From positions 1-64,000 of the IMG/VR virus record IMGVR_UViG_3300036803_000072: a stretch of 64,000 bases of DNA. One strand, given 5' to 3'. Shown here piece after piece: positions 19,701 through 28,763 of the stretch. This stretch comes from a virus. Lineage: Duplodnaviria; Caudoviricetes. The position numbers and the translations under genes were made by a program. The first letter of the stretch is position 1, and every line of letters starts with the position of its first letter. The notes below the pieces were generated by a model that ran no database searches, had not been told where the DNA came from, and saw only the letters and a program-made list of their open reading frames with translations.

Positions 19701-22700
19701 TCGCATCGTGGCGAGCTCGCGGTCGATGTAGGCCTTCTGCTGGTCTTTCGACATCGGGATGGCCTCGAACGCGCCCTGGGTGAGGATCACACAGTCCCAG
19801 TCGCCGGTGGCGGCGCGGGCAACGAACTCCCGGCGCCGGTCACCGTCGAGGTCTTTGGTGCCGGCGGCCAGGATCTTCGCCTGCGGGTAGGCCTCCAGGT
19901 ACTCGCGGGAGAACTGTTCGAGCATGTGGTTGGGGACCACGATGCTGGGCTTGTTGGCCAGGCCGAGCCGTTTGAGCTCGGCGCACCCCATGGCCATCTC
20001 TAGCGTCTTGCCGGCGCCCACCACGTGACCGAGTAGCGCGGCCGGTTCGGACACGATCCGTTCCACGGCCGCCACCTGGTGCGGGCGCGGCACTTTGGCG
20101 TCCGACATGCCGGGGAAGGCGCGTTCGGTGCCGTCGTAGCTGCGCAGCACGATCGCATTGAACCGATCGTTGTAGACGCCCTGAAGGCGCCGGGCGCGTG
20201 CCGGGTCCTCCCACAGCCACTCGCTGAAGCGTTCCTGGATCTCCTCGCCCTTCGCCTGGGCGGCCAGGGTGTCTTCGAGGTTCGGGTAGGACTTGCCATC
20301 GATGGTGTCAACGACCTTGATAGGTCGCTGCTCCAGCATCGCTTGCACGAGCTCGCCGAAAGACTTGCGGTCCGTGCCCCACTGCTCGGTGGCCGCCTTA
20401 CCGTAGGACGGGGCGTCCACCGTCCAGATGCCACCACCGGAGGTGGCCACGTTCACACCGGAGTAGCGATCACTCCCGACGCCCAGCATCTCCTCGATGA
20501 ACGCTTTGATGTCGGTCGGGCCGATCCACGCCGCGCCGAGCCGGCCGTCGATCTCGGCCGCACCGAGGTCCTCGGGTACGACTTTCTCCAGGGCCTTGAC
20601 GTTGGCCTCGAAGCGCGGGTCGTGCTCCGCTGCGGCTTTGGCGACAGCCAGCTTGCGGCGTACGTTGCCGGACAGGTAGGCCGCTGCCGGCTCCAGGGAA
20701 CCAGCCTCTTGCACAGACTCGCCGACGGTGGACAGGTCTACGTCACCGGCAGTGAGATGGGTGTCGACCAGCAGTCCGCGCGCTTCGGCGTCGGCGGCCA
20801 CGGCGGCGTTGGTTTCGGCGTCCGACAGCGGCGGCTGCTCGAAGATCAGGTCACCGAGTTGCGTGCGAGCACCAGCCTCATCGGTGCCCAGCATTTTCGC
20901 GATCGCCGGTAGGTCCACCCGACCGTAGGTGTCCATCGACAGGGCCAGCGCGTCTTTCGGATTGTCCGCCGTGGTCGGGATGACCCTCGGTGCGACCGTC
21001 CGCTTAGTGAAGATGCTGGTCTTGTGACCCTTGCCGGTCTCCGGGTCGTAGGTTTCCAGCGCGCGCACAGTCGCCGACATCGGGTCGCGGCGGAACCCAC
21101 CCTGACCGGGGGTGTTGCGGGCCCCGATCTTGCTCAGGGTGTAGCGGTTGATCGGCCCGTAGCGTTTCGCGTACGCGTCGTACTGGGCATTGAGGTCGGC
21201 CCGGAGTTGCTTGATCTCCGGTGTGTTCGACACCGACGCGGCCTCAGCGGCGAGCAGTGAGGCCAGGGTGTCGCGCATGCCCATCAGGCCGCGCAACTCC
21301 TCTTTCTGCTTCTCCGGCACCTCGAACGGGACGGCGGCGCCGCCGTTGGCCTGAGTGAAGTTGCCGTCGGCGTCGACCCCGATGTGCCCCTCGTGCCGGG
21401 AGGTGTCCGGGTCGACGAGTGCCCCGTCACCGGCCAGGCGCGGGCTGGACGTCAGGCCCTGTTCTTTCGCGGCGTCGGTGATCCGGGCCAGCGCGTCAGG
21501 CAGATCGGCCATGGACTTGTCACCGATCACCCGGATCTCGCCGGTGCCGTACTGGCCGGGCTCGGCGTGCAGCTCACCGAGGATCTGATCGGGGTGCTCG
21601 GTAAAGTAGTCGTTGACCGGGACTGTCTCGCCGTCGATCTCCCGCTCGCTGGAGTTGATCCAGCCTTGCGGGGTTTGTGGTTCCGCACCCGGCTCCCGGC
21701 GCCGGAAAATGAGAATGTCCTCGATGACCGACGTGCCCGACGCGCGCTGATGGCTACCGGTGGGCAGGCGCACCGCGCCGAGCAGGTCACCCTTCTCGGC
21801 CAGGCGCTTGCGCGCCGCGCTGCCCTTGGAGTCCAGGGTGTAGCGGGAGGTCAGGACGGCGACGATGCCGCCGGGTTTGGTCAGGTCCAGGGATTTGGCG
21901 ATGAAATGGTTGTGGATCGAGTCACCGGCGCGGTTGTGCAGCCGGTCGGTGAGCTTGAAGTCCCCGAAGGGGACGTTGCCGATGGTGGCGTCGAAGTGGC
22001 CGGTGGGGATGCGGGTGTCGGCGAAGGACTCGTTGCGGATGGTGGCGTTGGGGTACAGGGCGTGGGCGATGGCGGCGGTGGTGGAGTCGAGCTCCACCCC
22101 GACCATGTCGACGTTGCTCGGTGCGAAGCCGATGAAGTTGCCCGACCCGCTGCCCGGCTCCAACACCCGACCCCCGTCACTGAGGCCGAGATCCTGCACT
22201 GCCTTCCACATGGCCTGTACGGCGGTGGCGTCGGTGTAGTGGGCATTGAGGGTGTTGCGCTTGGCCTCGTTCCACTCCGAGTCGGACAGCAGGCCGCGCA
22301 GCTTGTCGCGGTCGGCCGCGTACTCGGGCTTCAGATCGTCGAAGACCTCAGGCAGGCCACCCCATCCGGCCCACCGGGCGAGGATCGCCTGCTCCTCGGG
22401 CGTGGCGGGGCGCTTGTCTTTTTGCAGCTCCCGCAGGGTTTCCAGGGCGGCGAGGTTGGCGTCGAGCTTCGCTTTCTTACCGGCGGGCGCGAGATCATCC
22501 ATGCCACCGGGCTGGAATGACTGGGCGGCGTCGGGGATGGCGTCGACCGCGCCCGGTGTGGCTTCAGGCTGGGCTAGGTCAGGTTCGCCGGCCGGGGCGG
22601 CACTACCGGCATCGCTTCCCGCTGGCTGGCCGTCTGTTCCTGTGTCGCTTGATCCATCAGGAGTTGGAAGTCGCTCAGGGCCTCGGTCAGTTCGTTGTCC

Positions 22701-25700
22701 TCCGGTGTCGGTTTCTGCGGGGGCATGCTCGGGTCCGGTGTCGCCACCGGCGGGTAGTCGCTGTCCGGCCAGTCCGGGGGCGGTGAGCTCATCAGCGTTT
22801 CCCGCATCACCAGTTCGGTCGCTGCCTGCTCCGCTGCTTTCAGGCGTCCCAGCTTCTGGCTGAACGTCTCGTCGGGCGGGTCGGTCCCCGCCAGCGCGTC
22901 GGCCACCTGCTGTATCTCCTGCTGCGCCCGGTCGCCCAGCTGGCCGAAGTACGTCGCCTTGTCCGCGATCTTGTCGTAGATCTGTGGCAGGTACTGCTGG
23001 TACCACTGGGCTACCCTCGTCGCCAGTGGCCCCATGGTGGGCGTCGTCATGGGCCGATTGTGCACCCTGATCGGCGAGTCGCCAGTTGGCTTCGCTGTCG
23101 CGTTTCGCATCGACTTCTTTCAGGATCTCGTCTACGGCGTCGTCGTCATCAGCGGCGAGCAGTCGAGCCTCTAGGGCGTGACACTCTTCCGGGTCACCGT
23201 CGACCCCCATTTCTCGCAACGCTTTGCGCAGCTTCAGCCGGTGCCCGTCGCGCACGGCATCGATGGCATCGTGCCGTGCATCGAGGTAGCCGTCCTGAAG
23301 TGAGGGTCGCCCCGACTCGTCAATGACGCGGGCAACATCGACTTTCGGCGCCGTTCCGGTCGTACTGGGTAAGGCGATCAAACCGAGGCGCCGCGCTTCC
23401 GGCGCCGCTTCGATCTCGGTAGCGCGCTCACGGGGATTGTCGTGGCCCATGGTTCGCAGGGCGCGCACGAGGGCGCCGTGGTCACCGGAGCGCGCGGCGG
23501 CTACAGCTGCGGCGTGGGCGTCTTGGATGGCGCTGTGCGCGTCGGCGGCTTCCCCGTTGGCCTGATCGCGGGCTGAAGCGTTGGCCTGCCGGGCGGTGCG
23601 GCGCTCGGTCGAGTCGGCGGGGGGGCCGGTCCGGTCGGCGGCGCCGGGCTTGACGGCGCCCATGCGGGCACGGTGCGCGTCGTAAGCGTCCGGCGCGGGC
23701 TTCACCTTGCCGGCGGTCTCCCGGCGGCGCAGCTCCGTCTCGACGGAGCCGAGCAGGGCCTTGATCCGATCCCGTTCGATGCGCTTAGCGACCCGACGCA
23801 CTTTGGCGTTCGCGTTGCGCTTGACGCGGCGTTCCTCGCGCAACCCGCCAGCGGCGGCGAACAGCATGCCGGGCTTGAGCTCCCCGCGCGCGATGGCGCC
23901 GTGGATGTCGTCCCCGATGACCCTATGAAGGTCATTGAACGCTTTGCTGTCGGCCGGGACGCGGCGCAACAACTTCGCCAAACGGTCCGCCGCTGCCTTC
24001 ACCGCAGCGGGGTCGGAGTCTTTCGTATTGAGCAGGTCACCGAGGTCTTCGGCGGCCCCGGCGACACCGGGGCGCAATTTCGGGCCGGTATCCTCACCCT
24101 GCCCGGCCGGGTCGGAAGTCGCCCCCGACCCCCCCGACCCGGCCGGGGCCTTCAGCGATGTACCGGCCTCGCGCTTGCGGGCGGTGTCGCGGCGAGCCAG
24201 CTCCGTCTGGAGAGCCAGTTCGTCGGTGAGATCTTTTTGGGTGGTGTGCAGCTGCGGCGTGGTCTGTCCGACTAGTGCCGCTTCGCCCGCTTGCAAGGCG
24301 GCTTCGACGCGGTCTTGCCGGGCGGCGACCTCCTCCGTAACCTCGATCGTGCCGTCGGGGTCTTCGCTGATACCCAACGCCTTATCCCGGACCTCGGCGG
24401 CGCGGTCTTGCACGTCGGGTGGCACGGGCACCGCGTCGGTGGGGATCTCCGACGCGGGCCTGCCTTGCGGCTGCACAGCGGCGACGGCGGCGCGCTTGCG
24501 CTTCTCATCCCCGAAGATCTTCTCGGCCATCTTCGAGTCGGAATACTCAGTCGAGGTCTTCGGCAGATTGTTTCCCCGTGCACGGGCGTGCCGCGCTTCC
24601 GCTGCCGCGTGCTCGGCTTCGAGCTGGTCGTCGGTCAGCTTCTCCGGCGCATTCATGTTGCCGGTGGGCACGTACGGGCCATCAGCGCGGGTGCCGCCAC
24701 CGGGCTTGCCGACCTGCTCACGGGCGTGCTGCTCGACGGTGGCCTGATCATCGGGCTGCGGGGTGCCGGTAGTGATCCGGGAATGCGCCGCCTGGGCGGC
24801 CTGATCGGTCACCGGGACGGCGGCCGGTGCGTTCACCCCGGGCGGCGCGTTCGGCGGCGCACCGGGCTTACTGGGGGGCGGGGCGACACCGCCGGGCGCT
24901 TGCCCCGGCTTACCCGCGCCAGCGGCGGGGTTCGCCGCGTTGGCGATCTTGTCGAGGCGTTGCTGCGCCACCTCGGTGGGCAGCACGAGCAGGGTGGCGG
25001 CAACGTCGTGCGGATCCTGGTCTTTGCTCAAACCCATCCGGGTCAGGGCGTCGGCGAGCTCATCGCGGTTGCCGTCACTGATCGCGCCCTCGGCGTCGTA
25101 CCGGGCCTGGGCGGCGTCCGCCGATGGCATGCCTTTCGGTGCCGGGGTCGCGCCCAGGGCGGTGCCGATCGTGGCGGCCTGGGAATGCTTGGTGATGATC
25201 GCGGTAACCGAGTCCTGGTCGGCCTTCCTCGCCGCCGGGTCCGCCCACCGCTTCTTACGGGCCGCCATGTCATCCCAGGGGATGCCGAGACCGGCGATCT
25301 CGGTCAGCGCAGCCTCGACCTGATCAGGCGGGGTGTCGGTCGGCAGCATCGGCAGGGGTGAGCCGTTGGCCGTGTCGACGATCACCCAGCCCTTGCCGTT
25401 GTTCACGGCCGCGATCTGGGAGTCCGGGGAGGCGAGCACGTTGGCGCCGGGACGGGTGAACTGGGCGAGCATGTTGGCGCTGGCGATCGCGCCGACACTG
25501 GCGACACCGCCGGGGGTGGTGTCGACGGCCTTCAGCTCGGAGATCCGCTCACCGAGGTGCGCGATCGCAGTAGCGGAGGCGTCGGTCGCACCGGACGTGT
25601 GACCGGGCAGCGCGTGACCGCCTGGTCGGTCACCGGGCGGGGGTGGTGGGCCGGCGGCGTTCGCACCCGAAGGTCGCTGTCCGGTGACCGGATGGGTGAG

Positions 25701-26513
25701 TTTGTGGCTGTCCTGCGCCGCGACGGTGGTGTGACGGATCTCGTCGTCGGTGGCGGGTCGGTCCAGGCCATGGGGTTTCGTGCCGGGCCTGATCGGCGTG
25801 CCGATAGGCATGCCCCAGAACTTCGCGTCGCGAACAGTACGCACTTTGACTTCGATCCCCTCGACGGTGGCTAGACCGGAACGAGGGTCATCGTACCACG
25901 TGTCGCCGTCGGCGGTCTCCGTTTGGAGGGATTTCACTCCAGTCAGATGTGCGAGCCGATGCGCGCCGTGCAATACCTGAGAAAACTCATACACATCGTA
26001 GTCGCTGAGGTAGCGTTTCCCGCCGCGCATTTTCGCGCCGCCGGGCCGCACCTTATAGCCAATCGAGAATGACTGCTCGGGACCGTAGAACTTCGCGTTC
26101 TCATAGGCGTCCCGGCCCGCCGTAGTGGCCAAGTTGTAGCGGGCCTTAACGAGCAGTCCGCCAGCGTTGGCGGGCCACGGGGCACCGTCGGGGGTCGTCT
26201 TCGGTAGCCGATCGTCGCCAGGCATGAGCTCAACCGCCCATTCCGCGCGCGAGACCGGGACCTTCCAGTCGTGCGAGTCGACACCCTTAGGCTTCAGCCG
26301 CTTGACGGCCACACCCAGGGAACCGGGCACGATGACGTCACCGACCTCATCGCCGACGCCGGACACCGCAACCAGCGCGGTGATGGTGCCCTCTTTGTCG
26401 TCATGGCCGATGACCCCGGTCATCGGTGAGGACGTCTCGCCCGTCGGCAGCGCCTTCCACTCCAGCTGACCGATGTCAGCCGGGCACGTGTCGAGGTCTT
26501 CGGTGGTGGTCAC
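16734..26513 (-). CDS. 3259-aa head polyprotein: HK97-type prohead protease + DarB-like N6-adenine methyltransferase + SNF2-type helicase
   Basis: Protease about 25930-26410 (GDVIVPGS, SHDW, SFSIGY, YEFSQV). MTase about 21600-22480 (RWAGWGG, NAHYT, VLEPGSGSG, IGNVPFG). Helicase about 18350-20100 (GAGKT, DEAH, ATGTP, QRDGRIMRQGN). Confidence 0.9.
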   Translation of the reverse strand: MTTTEDLDTCPADIGQLEWKALPTGETSSPMTGVIGHDDKEGTITALVAVSGVGDEVGDVIVPGSLGVAVKRLKPKGVDSHDWKVPVSRAEWAVELMPGDDRLPKTTPDGAPWPANAGGLLVKARYNLATTAGRDAYENAKFYGPEQSFSIGYKVRPGGAKMRGGKRYLSDYDVYEFSQVLHGAHRLAHLTGVKSLQTETADGDTWYDDPRSGLATVEGIEVKVRTVRDAKFWGMPIGTPIRPGTKPHGLDRPATDDEIRHTTVAAQDSHKLTHPVTGQRPSGANAAGPPPPPGDRPGGHALPGHTSGATDASATAIAHLGERISELKAVDTTPGGVASVGAIASANMLAQFTRPGANVLASPDSQIAAVNNGKGWVIVDTANGSPLPMLPTDTPPDQVEAALTEIAGLGIPWDDMAARKKRWADPAARKADQDSVTAIITKHSQAATIGTALGATPAPKGMPSADAAQARYDAEGAISDGNRDELADALTRMGLSKDQDPHDVAATLLVLPTEVAQQRLDKIANAANPAAGAGKPGQAPGGVAPPPSKPGAPPNAPPGVNAPAAVPVTDQAAQAAHSRITTGTPQPDDQATVEQHAREQVGKPGGGTRADGPYVPTGNMNAPEKLTDDQLEAEHAAAEARHARARGNNLPKTSTEYSDSKMAEKIFGDEKRKRAAVAAVQPQGRPASEIPTDAVPVPPDVQDRAAEVRDKALGISEDPDGTIEVTEEVAARQDRVEAALQAGEAALVGQTTPQLHTTQKDLTDELALQTELARRDTARKREAGTSLKAPAGSGGSGATSDPAGQGEDTGPKLRPGVAGAAEDLGDLLNTKDSDPAAVKAAADRLAKLLRRVPADSKAFNDLHRVIGDDIHGAIARGELKPGMLFAAAGGLREERRVKRNANAKVRRVAKRIERDRIKALLGSVETELRRRETAGKVKPAPDAYDAHRARMGAVKPGAADRTGPPADSTERRTARQANASARDQANGEAADAHSAIQDAHAAAVAAARSGDHGALVRALRTMGHDNPRERATEIEAAPEARRLGLIALPSTTGTAPKVDVARVIDESGRPSLQDGYLDARHDAIDAVRDGHRLKLRKALREMGVDGDPEECHALEARLLAADDDDAVDEILKEVDAKRDSEANWRLADQGAQSAHDDAHHGATGDEGSPVVPAVPATDLRQDRGQGDVLRPAGRPGAAGDTAGGRRAGGDRPARRDVQPEAGTPESSGAGSDRTGDAGNADELTAPGLAGQRLPAGGDTGPEHAPAETDTGGQRTDRGPERLPTPDGSSDTGTDGQPAGSDAGSAAPAGEPDLAQPEATPGAVDAIPDAAQSFQPGGMDDLAPAGKKAKLDANLAALETLRELQKDKRPATPEEQAILARWAGWGGLPEVFDDLKPEYAADRDKLRGLLSDSEWNEAKRNTLNAHYTDATAVQAMWKAVQDLGLSDGGRVLEPGSGSGNFIGFAPSNVDMVGVELDSTTAAIAHALYPNATIRNESFADTRIPTGHFDATIGNVPFGDFKLTDRLHNRAGDSIHNHFIAKSLDLTKPGGIVAVLTSRYTLDSKGSAARKRLAEKGDLLGAVRLPTGSHQRASGTSVIEDILIFRRREPGAEPQTPQGWINSSEREIDGETVPVNDYFTEHPDQILGELHAEPGQYGTGEIRVIGDKSMADLPDALARITDAAKEQGLTSSPRLAGDGALVDPDTSRHEGHIGVDADGNFTQANGGAAVPFEVPEKQKEELRGLMGMRDTLASLLAAEAASVSNTPEIKQLRADLNAQYDAYAKRYGPINRYTLSKIGARNTPGQGGFRRDPMSATVRALETYDPETGKGHKTSIFTKRTVAPRVIPTTADNPKDALALSMDTYGRVDLPAIAKMLGTDEAGARTQLGDLIFEQPPLSDAETNAAVAADAEARGLLVDTHLTAGDVDLSTVGESVQEAGSLEPAAAYLSGNVRRKLAVAKAAAEHDPRFEANVKALEKVVPEDLGAAEIDGRLGAAWIGPTDIKAFIEEMLGVGSDRYSGVNVATSGGGIWTVDAPSYGKAATEQWGTDRKSFGELVQAMLEQRPIKVVDTIDGKSYPNLEDTLAAQAKGEEIQERFSEWLWEDPARARRLQGVYNDRFNAIVLRSYDGTERAFPGMSDAKVPRPHQVAAVERIVSEPAALLGHVVGAGKTLEMAMGCAELKRLGLANKPSIVVPNHMLEQFSREYLEAYPQAKILAAGTKDLDGDRRREFVARAATGDWDCVILTQGAFEAIPMSKDQQKAYIDRELATMRAQLLAMQSSSASGKAHDNTVKKMEKAVIRAEEAMKKKLDKQKDVGVSFDQTGIDHVMVDEAHMYSNLRTLSNIQGAAIEGSDRATDLHMKLEYLRASSQSGKVATFATGTPIRNSITQMYVMQRFMRPDLLEEAGIHSFDQWAATFGQVVEEMELKPEGIGFRQTSRFAKFRNVPELLRLFHVFADIKTAEDLNLPTPALETGAVQNVTVQPSEELRAYVAQLGERAEAVRNRTVLPEEDNMLKISGDGRKAALSMALVGGEHTTGKIEDAADKIHAIYLVNKNRPVPKDLDNPDAGDDPPPGGMQLVFLDMGTPGNPEQWNAYAKLRDELAARGMDPKSVRFIHEAKNDVQKAEMFAAARNGSISVLVGSSEKMGVGTNVQRRAVALHHLDAPWRPADVEQRDGRIMRQGNTNTTVGIYRYVTEGSFDAYMWQTLARKQKFIEQIMRGNLDAREIEDVGDTALSYDEVKALATGNMDLMAKAKADSSVAKLSKLERVHKRTQTNLEKDIVSYTANAAGADADAKVMDAAIKRRTEIGGDHFRATIAGVDVTKRADAATELKTKLGDVIDRARYAYGSPRPVQVAQIGGHTLMAKPYQGREQRMHVDLYFEDVPGVITGMSQEDVNKLGVGTIAKIEYSLHSFENRRDRFHDRAAHLRSEVAQMKTRVGMAFPKTDELKAARAESARLEAKLQADGVNTAAPTGPVATQADENVSAARSRAARAVGNMGRSTYNKAGKVVLQKFVNPQASGKAYASPDGALGAMGDASDLKVFMTTDGVSVRPAGMTGTVDDPAALLADLQALDLPWGTGSGQLQQRWSGYSYDPSDYKLNYTEREKRQEARRAEARKGEEADKAAIDAVWKRHLVPEEKTIEDMVIDAFDLSRAARLGVEIKARTASGSDTPDPEDKPDPDEEAYADTVAADIRYVMDASGVMHKVWPCAACGNDVQVPVGSDSKATACPSCGSKAGPRGVTAATGYQMQPTAATVG
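22574..23050 (-). CDS. Nested same-strand, out-of-frame gene (TnpV-like small protein)
   Basis: Protein-like sequence WYQQYLPQIY...YFGQLG...LAGTDPPDETF.QKLGRL; codons end almost entirely in G/C in this frame, while the polyprotein frame here is A/T-ending and low-complexity. Confidence 0.6.
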   Translation of the reverse strand: MTTPTMGPLATRVAQWYQQYLPQIYDKIADKATYFGQLGDRAQQEIQQVADALAGTDPPDETFSQKLGRLKAAEQAATELVMRETLMSSPPPDWPDSDYPPVATPDPSMPPQKPTPEDNELTEALSDFQLLMDQATQEQTASQREAMPVVPPRPANLT

Positions 26514-28264
26514 CCGGTCACCGGCGCGTCGAACAGGTTCGGCTCCGCCATCTCCGCACCGTCCACTGTGGCCGTTCCGGAAACGTCCGCGACGTCCTCC
26601 ATTGTGGATTCAGGCGCGGGGTCGGCGATCATTCGAGCCCCTAGGGCGGCGTGCTGGGCGGTGGCCAACAGGTCAGCCGTAGTGTCGTCGGCGTCACCCT
26701 GGGCGTCGTCAGGGATGTCGCCCAGCTGCTCCTCCAGGGCGGCGAGGTAGTCGGCCACGTAGGGCTCATCGAAGACCTGACCCCAGTCGTCGACCCCGGC
26801 GTGCAGCGCGGCGAGCTCGGCGTCGGTGTCATCTATCGCCATCGCCACGGCCTTGATCTCGACATCTTCGGGCCAGACCAGGGCCTTCGCACCCACTACG
26901 CGGCCCATGTTCATCGACCGGCCGACGTTGCCGCGCGCGGTGTGCGCGTACTTACCGGGCCATTCACCCGTGGCCATCTTGTGAATGTTCGCGGTGAGTC
27001 CATTAAGAACGCGCGGGGAATGCACATACTTAGCCAGGTGCCGGCGCAGGCGCTTGAAATCCCCGCCGCTACCCGGACGCCATTTTGCGCGTCCTTTCCC
27101 GTAAGCCCAGTAATTGCGCAGTTTCGCCGCACGCGGATCCGGTGAAGCGATCTTCACCTCGACGTCGTCTTCGAGAGACTTCTCGCCGGGCTTGTCGGGC
27201 TCGCCGGAGTCGTCGTCACCGTCGTGGTCGGGATCCAGGGCGTCGATACGGTCGTGGATGACCTGTGGGGCGTACAGCCGGTGCGCTTCGGACTTCAGGT
27301 GCGCCTTGAGCTTGTGCTTGTCCCCCGGTCGGGCGTCATGGAACTTATCGATCTCGTCTTTCAGGTCCTCGGAGTTCTGCACCGGGTGACGGTTGGTGCG
27401 CCCGTCTAAGGTGTGCCCGGTCTTGCGCAGCCCGTTGCGCTCGTGCCCGGACATGGCCCGCTTGACCTCGATGTCGTCGACATCATCGGCCTCGACGCTC
27501 TCGGCGCGTTTGGCTTCGATCTCACCCGCGCGGTCGCGCATGTCGCCGGCCCACGCGGCACCCACGTCCCCGCAATGTTCGGCCACCCAGTCCACGCCGC
27601 GCGAGTTAAGGGCCTTGCCCTCAGCGACCAGGGCGGCGACCGGGCCGGGCAGAATCGCGGCCACCTCGCACACCACCTGCGGCGGGGTGAAAGTGACCTC
27701 ACCGGACTTCGTTTCGGTGATCACGGGTGCCTCCTGATTGCCGAGCGGTATGTCGAGCACGTCGCCGGCCAGGGCCAGGCGCAGCGTGCCGAAGCGAACG
27801 GGGCCGGTGTAGGTCTGCGCCGAGACTCCAGCTGCTGAGTCGTCGGGGTCCACGGCCACCGTGACGTGAGGCAGGAATGGTTCGTGTTGCGGTGGCGGGT
27901 CGGGGTAGTCGTCATAGGTGCTGGTCGTCCAGCTCGCCCACGTGCGCAGCGCACCCAGTCCCGGTGCGTCGCTGACCATGAGCACGAGACAGGGGGTGCG
28001 GTCACCGTCGGGCCCGCCATCGGGATTGAACAGCGCGGGTCCGATGATCCGGGCGTCCACCGGATCGAGACTCGGTGCGGATGCGGTCACCAGCTGGCGG
28101 AGCCGGTCACCGGCACTGGCAGGCCAGGTGGTGACGTCATCACCGAGATAGAGCAGGGTCAGGTGCAGTTCGCTGGCCGGCTCGCCACCGTCCAGCGCCA
28201 GAACGGCAGGGTTGTCGGGGACCAGTGCAAGCATACCGCCGGTGTGCTGCGGGCTATCGACCAT
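26510..28264 (-). CDS. 2H phosphoesterase (2'-5' RNA ligase-like) fused to several small head-associated domains
   Basis: Two HxT motifs (LHLTLLYLG, FLPHVTVA) in the first ~175 aa, followed by modules separated by ExK motifs; stop overlaps the polyprotein start. Confidence 0.8.
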   Translation of the reverse strand: MVDSPQHTGGMLALVPDNPAVLALDGGEPASELHLTLLYLGDDVTTWPASAGDRLRQLVTASAPSLDPVDARIIGPALFNPDGGPDGDRTPCLVLMVSDAPGLGALRTWASWTTSTYDDYPDPPPQHEPFLPHVTVAVDPDDSAAGVSAQTYTGPVRFGTLRLALAGDVLDIPLGNQEAPVITETKSGEVTFTPPQVVCEVAAILPGPVAALVAEGKALNSRGVDWVAEHCGDVGAAWAGDMRDRAGEIEAKRAESVEADDVDDIEVKRAMSGHERNGLRKTGHTLDGRTNRHPVQNSEDLKDEIDKFHDARPGDKHKLKAHLKSEAHRLYAPQVIHDRIDALDPDHDGDDDSGEPDKPGEKSLEDDVEVKIASPDPRAAKLRNYWAYGKGRAKWRPGSGGDFKRLRRHLAKYVHSPRVLNGLTANIHKMATGEWPGKYAHTARGNVGRSMNMGRVVGAKALVWPEDVEIKAVAMAIDDTDAELAALHAGVDDWGQVFDEPYVADYLAALEEQLGDIPDDAQGDADDTTADLLATAQHAALGARMIADPAPESTMEDVADVSGTATVDGAEMAEPNLFDAPVTG

Positions 28265-28763
28265 GGACGCTCGTCCCGCTCAGGTCGGGGCTGGCACACA
28301 GCGACCCGTCGGTGTGGACGCCTCGGAGGCTGTCGCCCATCCGGTGGCCCGCTTCGGGGCAGGAGTAGCAGCACAGTTCAGAGGGCGGTTCGCAGTTCCT
28401 GCCGTGTGAGTCGCAGCAACGCTCGCGGTTCACCACCGTGAGTGGCAGCACGGTGCGCACGTCGGCGTGGAACGCGCACACCGGGTCCAAGCTGTAGCGG
28501 CCCGGATCCGGGGCGTCGTCGTACCAGGGGTAGCCGGAGCAGATCGGCGGCCGGTCGTCATAAGCGGTGCACGTGCGGGCGTGCTGGTCGAACTTCGCGC
28601 AGCGCACCAGGTACACGGTGGTGCCGTCTACGTCTTTCCCGAGGTGAGTCACCGTCCAGTGCTCTCGGGCGAATGGACCGGAGGGGCCTCGCATGTCGTC
28701 GGGGTGCCGCTTCAGGCGCACCGGATCGCAACAGGCCCCACAGCCGGGTGGGCATTCAGTCAC
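28254..28763 (-). CDS. YkgJ-family Cys-cluster protein
   Basis: C.PGCGACC, C..FD...RTCTAYDDRP.IC..YP. Confidence 0.8.
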   Translation of the reverse strand: MTECPPGCGACCDPVRLKRHPDDMRGPSGPFAREHWTVTHLGKDVDGTTVYLVRCAKFDQHARTCTAYDDRPPICSGYPWYDDAPDPGRYSLDPVCAFHADVRTVLPLTVVNRERCCDSHGRNCEPPSELCCYSCPEAGHRMGDSLRGVHTDGSLCASPDLSGTSVHGR

